Assembly: GCA_026025075.1 (NCBI GenBank)
Contig: JAPEUI010000016.1
Span: forward strand, 186,001-214,454
Direction of reading: 5' to 3'
Source of the DNA: Vezdaea acicularis
Taxonomy: Eukaryota
Length of the DNA: 28,454 nt
Shown here piece by piece: positions 24,207 to 28,454 of the stretch (the stretch's first letter is position 1; every line of letters starts with the position of its first letter). The position numbers and the translations under genes were made by a program. The notes under the pieces were generated by a model, which made no database searches, was not told where the DNA came from, and saw only the letters and a program-made list of their open reading frames with translations.

Positions 24207-27200
24207 ATGTTAACTTCCCCCCATACCTACGGGCCGACATGTCTTCTCGGACCCGCCGAGTCTACCAAACAGCCAGTTATCCTAGAGGAAACTCCCCCTC
24301 TACGGGCACAATTCTTCTTTAACTCTCCCCTTGCCCTCGACGATCCATTGTCCCCAGTCCCTCCCCCCACAAATTCTACGAGCTCCACGCTTTCTAAACG
24401 TCCACCGAGACCTTTCTCAGCATATGATAATGCTGCTCTAGAGGAAGCTTGGGCTGGCCTTGAGGTTAGCAAGTTGGCTCTACATCGTGGGGGGAAAGGA
24501 GCTAAGGCGGACAAGAAGAGAAAGGGACCCCAACCCAAAAAGGATCTTTCGCTCAAGAAAGATACCAAGGCAGAAGCAAAGGCTGATGTCAAGGCTGACG
24601 CTAAGGCTGAAGCCAAGATCGACGCTAAGGTTGATGCTAAGAGTCGTGCGAAAATTGATTGCTTTGACGGTGCCGGCCGTGATTGTGAGAATGTACCTAC
24701 AAACGCAGAAACGGTTGAGACTTTCCATACAACAGCCGAACATAAAGACCAAAAGCTTAACAAGAAGTCATCGTTCTGGAAGAGAGCTACATCGTCTGGT
24801 AAAGCAGACTCAAAGACCGTCTCTGAAGCTGTAGAGACGGCTGAACTCATCGCAAAATCTGACAAGCTGGCCAAGCGGAGCAAGTCTAAGAAGAAGCCCA
24901 AGAAGGAGAAGAGCCGTTCCAAGTCGCCGAGGGGTACTGATTTAACGCATACAGAACACATTCCTGTTTCTTCTTCTTGTACCACCACCAAGGAGACTTC
25001 ACTTACAAGAGAGCCAAGCAACAAACAGTCATCGCCGACGAGCGGTACGCTTGACAAGGGGCTATCGCTCATTGGAGGCGTGACAGATAAGGAAGGACTA
25101 GTCACTCATAAACAATTCACCAAGGATATATCCCTGTTGCAAGAAGAGCTTAGTGGTTTTAGTGGGGAAGGTGCATACTCACAAAATGACTCAAGTAAGG
25201 GCTATTCATACAAAAAGGATGATAGTGGCAAGGACAAATCAACCCACAAGTCTCTAAGCAGGGATTTCAGCCCTGATGGAAAGCGTGTAATCTTTCTAGC
25301 TAACAATGGCGGCACTGGATCAAGGGATCAGAGTGAAACCGCTTCTACTAAAGGGGGCCCGTCTGCATTCGGATCAAGCCCCTCTGACAACACCAGTACA
25401 ACAGGCACTCCATTCCTCCGGGCGCTTGGTTCGACAGCTATTCGTCGTGGTGAGAGAGGTTCAAGATTCGAACGTAGCGAGTCTGAACAAGAGGTCGAGC
25501 ATCTAGTTGACGAAATTGAAGACCAGGTACTTAGGGGACGGTCTGGAATTAGGGCTAGTGACTATAGAGCCGGTCTTGAAATAGTAGCCGCACGGTCGCC
25601 CTCTCGTGCGACCTCTGAGCTTCGTCCTCGCGGCTTCTGTGGGGCGATTTCACTGAAAGACGCGGCCTCGATCCCCGTTGGAATATCGCGACTTCACATC
25701 GTCAATCTACCTTCGCTTCAAATCAAGCCAATATACTGGTCTCCTCTTCACGATGATACTGCCGTCGTGTGCAGAGGCACGTGGTTCTACAAAGATACCA
25801 TGCTGCCCATAGAGCCTGAAGTGGCCAATCAACTAGAACTTGGGTACTCCGAACTCAAACCCTGGAGTGAGACATGGCAGGACGAGCTGAACAGTGCCCT
25901 AGAGGTTGGACCTGAAGGGGAGGAGAAGGTAGTTTACCGCATCTGGCCCGTTGAGGATCCAAAGGACAAGCCGAAAGATGAAAGCAGACCAGCTACAGCT
26001 ACAGCCCTAAAACGTGCCAATTCGGCAGATACATATCAAAATAATTGTACTGCTACTCAGTGCATTTCCACCTGTCACTGCAAGACCATTTCAATTTCGG
26101 CTGAAGGAGTCAGCCTGCTCGACAGTGTAATCGGAAAGGATGGCGTCCAAAGACGTTTCCCGAACTCCGTCGTTCTATATACGAATTCCAAGGACGCCTT
26201 CATATTGAAGCCCGGCCTCCAACCATCTGCGTATTATGGTCGCAAGCCGCTAGCTAATATTCGCAAAGGCAAGACTGTTGGCATACCAATCGTACGAGGC
26301 TTCAGCTGGCGTGCTTGGGAGAAGATTCATCCTCCCAAGAAGACAGCCTACCAACTCAAGGTGGAGCAAGCTGCGGCAATGTCTCAATCCGGCACGGCTA
26401 AATCAGGGAACAGAGCAGTCTGTGAAGCTTGCTTGAGTGACGAGAATAGGCCTAGAGCTACCGATCTAGTTCTTGTCATTCACGGCATTGGACAGAAGAT
26501 GTCTGAGAAAGTCGAGAGCTGGAACTTTACCCACGCTATGAACTCCTTCCGTCGAAATATAAACGTTGAGCTAGCAGGCCCGAGTGCCCTAGATGTGCGA
26601 CCAGAACTTACTGGAATTATGGCGCTCCCTATCAATTGGCGTTCCAATCTCTCTTTCGAAGGCGGCAGTCATTCCGCAAATGTCACGAATGAGCCCAATG
26701 ATTCCTCGACGAACGTCTTTGGTTTGAAGGACATTACGCCCGATAGCATTCCTGCTGTGCGAAACCTGGTCAATGAAGTTATGTCCGATATACCTTACTA
26801 CCTATCACACCACAAAGCGGAGATGATTGCGGCTGTTGTCAAGGAAGCAAACCGGGTATACCGCCTTTGGTGCAAGAATAACCCTGGCTTCGACAAGGCT
26901 GGCCGGGTTCATGTCATTGCCCATTCTCTAGGAAGTGCCATGGCAATCGACATACTGAGCAAACAGCCCACCAAGCTGACCAGGGATATCGATTGGACTA
27001 GCAAGAAGATTAACACCAAGCACTTCGAGTTCGATACCAAGAATCTCTTTTTCTGCGGCAGCCCCGCTGGATTCTTCCTCCTATTGAACAAAGGCACATT
27101 GATTCCCCGTAAGGGTCGAAATAAGCCTGGCACTGAAGGCGAGGACGGGAGCAAAGAGGTTGCCGGCGAAGCAGGCACGTATGGTTGTCTAGCCGTCGAC

Positions 27201-27740
27201 AACCTCTATAATATCCTCGCCCACAACGATCGTTCGTATCCATTTTCCCCACCCTTATGAGATATAGCTAACCCACTTCAAGCAATCGCCTACTCCCTCA
27301 ACTCAACTGTCGATCGCGCCTATGCCCTTTCTCTTAAACCCGCCGTCGTCCCCAGCACAAGCCCATCCCTCCTCAATAAACTCGTCTCCTCCCTCGGCTT
27401 TAATACCCTCACTATTACTGCCTCGCATAGCACCTCTGCAGCTCAAAATAAGCCGGACATGACGCGCTTCCCCTCCACCGTCGAGCTCGAGACGCACAAC
27501 TTCTCCAAAGAGGAGATTGCAGAGAAGAAGTTCCTGCTCCTGAACGACAACATGCAGGTCGACTACTTCCTCAGCTCTGGCGCGGGCCCGCTCGAGATCC
27601 AATACTTGAACATGTTGAGCGCCCACAGCAGCTATTGGGATAGCAGGGACTTTGTGCGCTTCGTCGTGGTGGAATGTGGACGACGGCAGGGATGGGAGGG
27701 GACGCTTGTGGCGATGAGGGCGGAGAAGAAGGGGATTTGA
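24207..27740 (+). CDS. DDHD-domain intracellular phospholipase A1 (yeast Ddl1/YOR022C-like)
   Basis: PIYW...RGTWF, DLVLVIHGIGQK, lipase motif AHSLGS, FFCGSP, YNILAHND-PIAY and MLSAHSSYW. One coding intron at 27232-27282; probable 5'UTR intron at 24145-24195. Confidence 0.92.
24568..24642 (+). repeat. Degenerate 12-nt coding tandem repeat x6 (KAEA KADV KADA KAEA KIDA KVDA K)
   Basis: Units of the form AAGGCTGAYGCT are seen directly in the disordered N-terminal part of the DDHD gene. Confidence 0.8.
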
Positions 27741-28195
27741 TCCTGTCTCGGGGGGACGTTTGTCTGGAGAGACGGTAGCGGATCGATTGACTGACAGGCC
27801 GGCCTTTTCGCTGTAGAACTCTTTTGAGCGGAACCAAGGACCTAGACATTTGTCAGCGCCTGCAAAGGTCTGATACTGGTATTCGTACCAGCTTCTTCTA
27901 CCTTTTTGGGAGGCTCGGGTGGCTAGCGTTCTCCTGTCTGTTCTGCATTCCTGCTGTTTCTCTTTTTTTTTTAAATCATTAGCAATAGCATCGATACCCC
28001 ACCCCTAGAGCTGCGGCATGAATCCAATCAAAACTCTGTTTGCCTGTTCGTGTCGTGTCGTATTCGTCGTTGGGCCTCTTGGGCGCTTGGAAATGCTTCG
28101 GTTGGATGTGATGTGACTTTGATGATTCCGACGACATCAGGGACTGGACATGCGTGTGCAGGCTCTTTAGGATCTGGGTCGGAGTTTCAGAGAAG

Positions 28196-28297
<102 letters not shown>

Positions 28298-28454
28298 CTG
28301 TCTCACGCATGGATCAAACTATCCTCCACACCCCCATCCATCCCGCCTCTCTCCCTTGCTTCGTTGTCTTGGGTGCGAAGATACTATGTAGCTAGGGGTC
28401 ATGGGTAGGGCCAGGGCACGGCTATGGAATCACTACCTTCCAAGACACGGAGGG

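Noticed and set aside
24227..25105. 292-aa antisense ORF within the DDHD gene
   Set aside because: A shadow ORF of a low-complexity sense frame with no recognisable domain.
15338..27740. Lipid-metabolism cluster (ACL1/2, MFS, phospholipase)
   Set aside because: No backbone biosynthetic enzyme or regulator is present, and the adjacency is explained by ordinary housekeeping gene order.

Overview
Gene-dense, intron-containing filamentous ascomycete (Pezizomycotina-type) genomic DNA. I reconstructed 12 protein-coding genes by hand. In order they are DCS1 (truncated at the left edge), CEF1/CDC5, RPC37/POLR3E, PI31, PP2A catalytic subunit, EXO84, TOM20, a GH72 beta-1,3-glucanosyltransferase, the divergent ATP-citrate lyase pair ACL1/ACL2, an MFS transporter and a DDHD phospholipase A1. 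An exactly 100-nt poly-C tract near the right end is probably an artifact. I found no mobile element, RNA gene, CRISPR or biosynthetic cluster, and no clearly new gene system. The most unusual signal is in the splice sites. Of 34 inferred coding introns, 7 end in AAG rather than YAG, 2 have GC donors, many GT donors are degenerate, and 4 are in-frame and stop-free (3 of these 4 end in AAG). Both ACL genes also appear to have long 5'UTR introns ending in TAG|ACTAC. All gene models come from reading frame and homology recognised from memory, not from database searches or RNA data.
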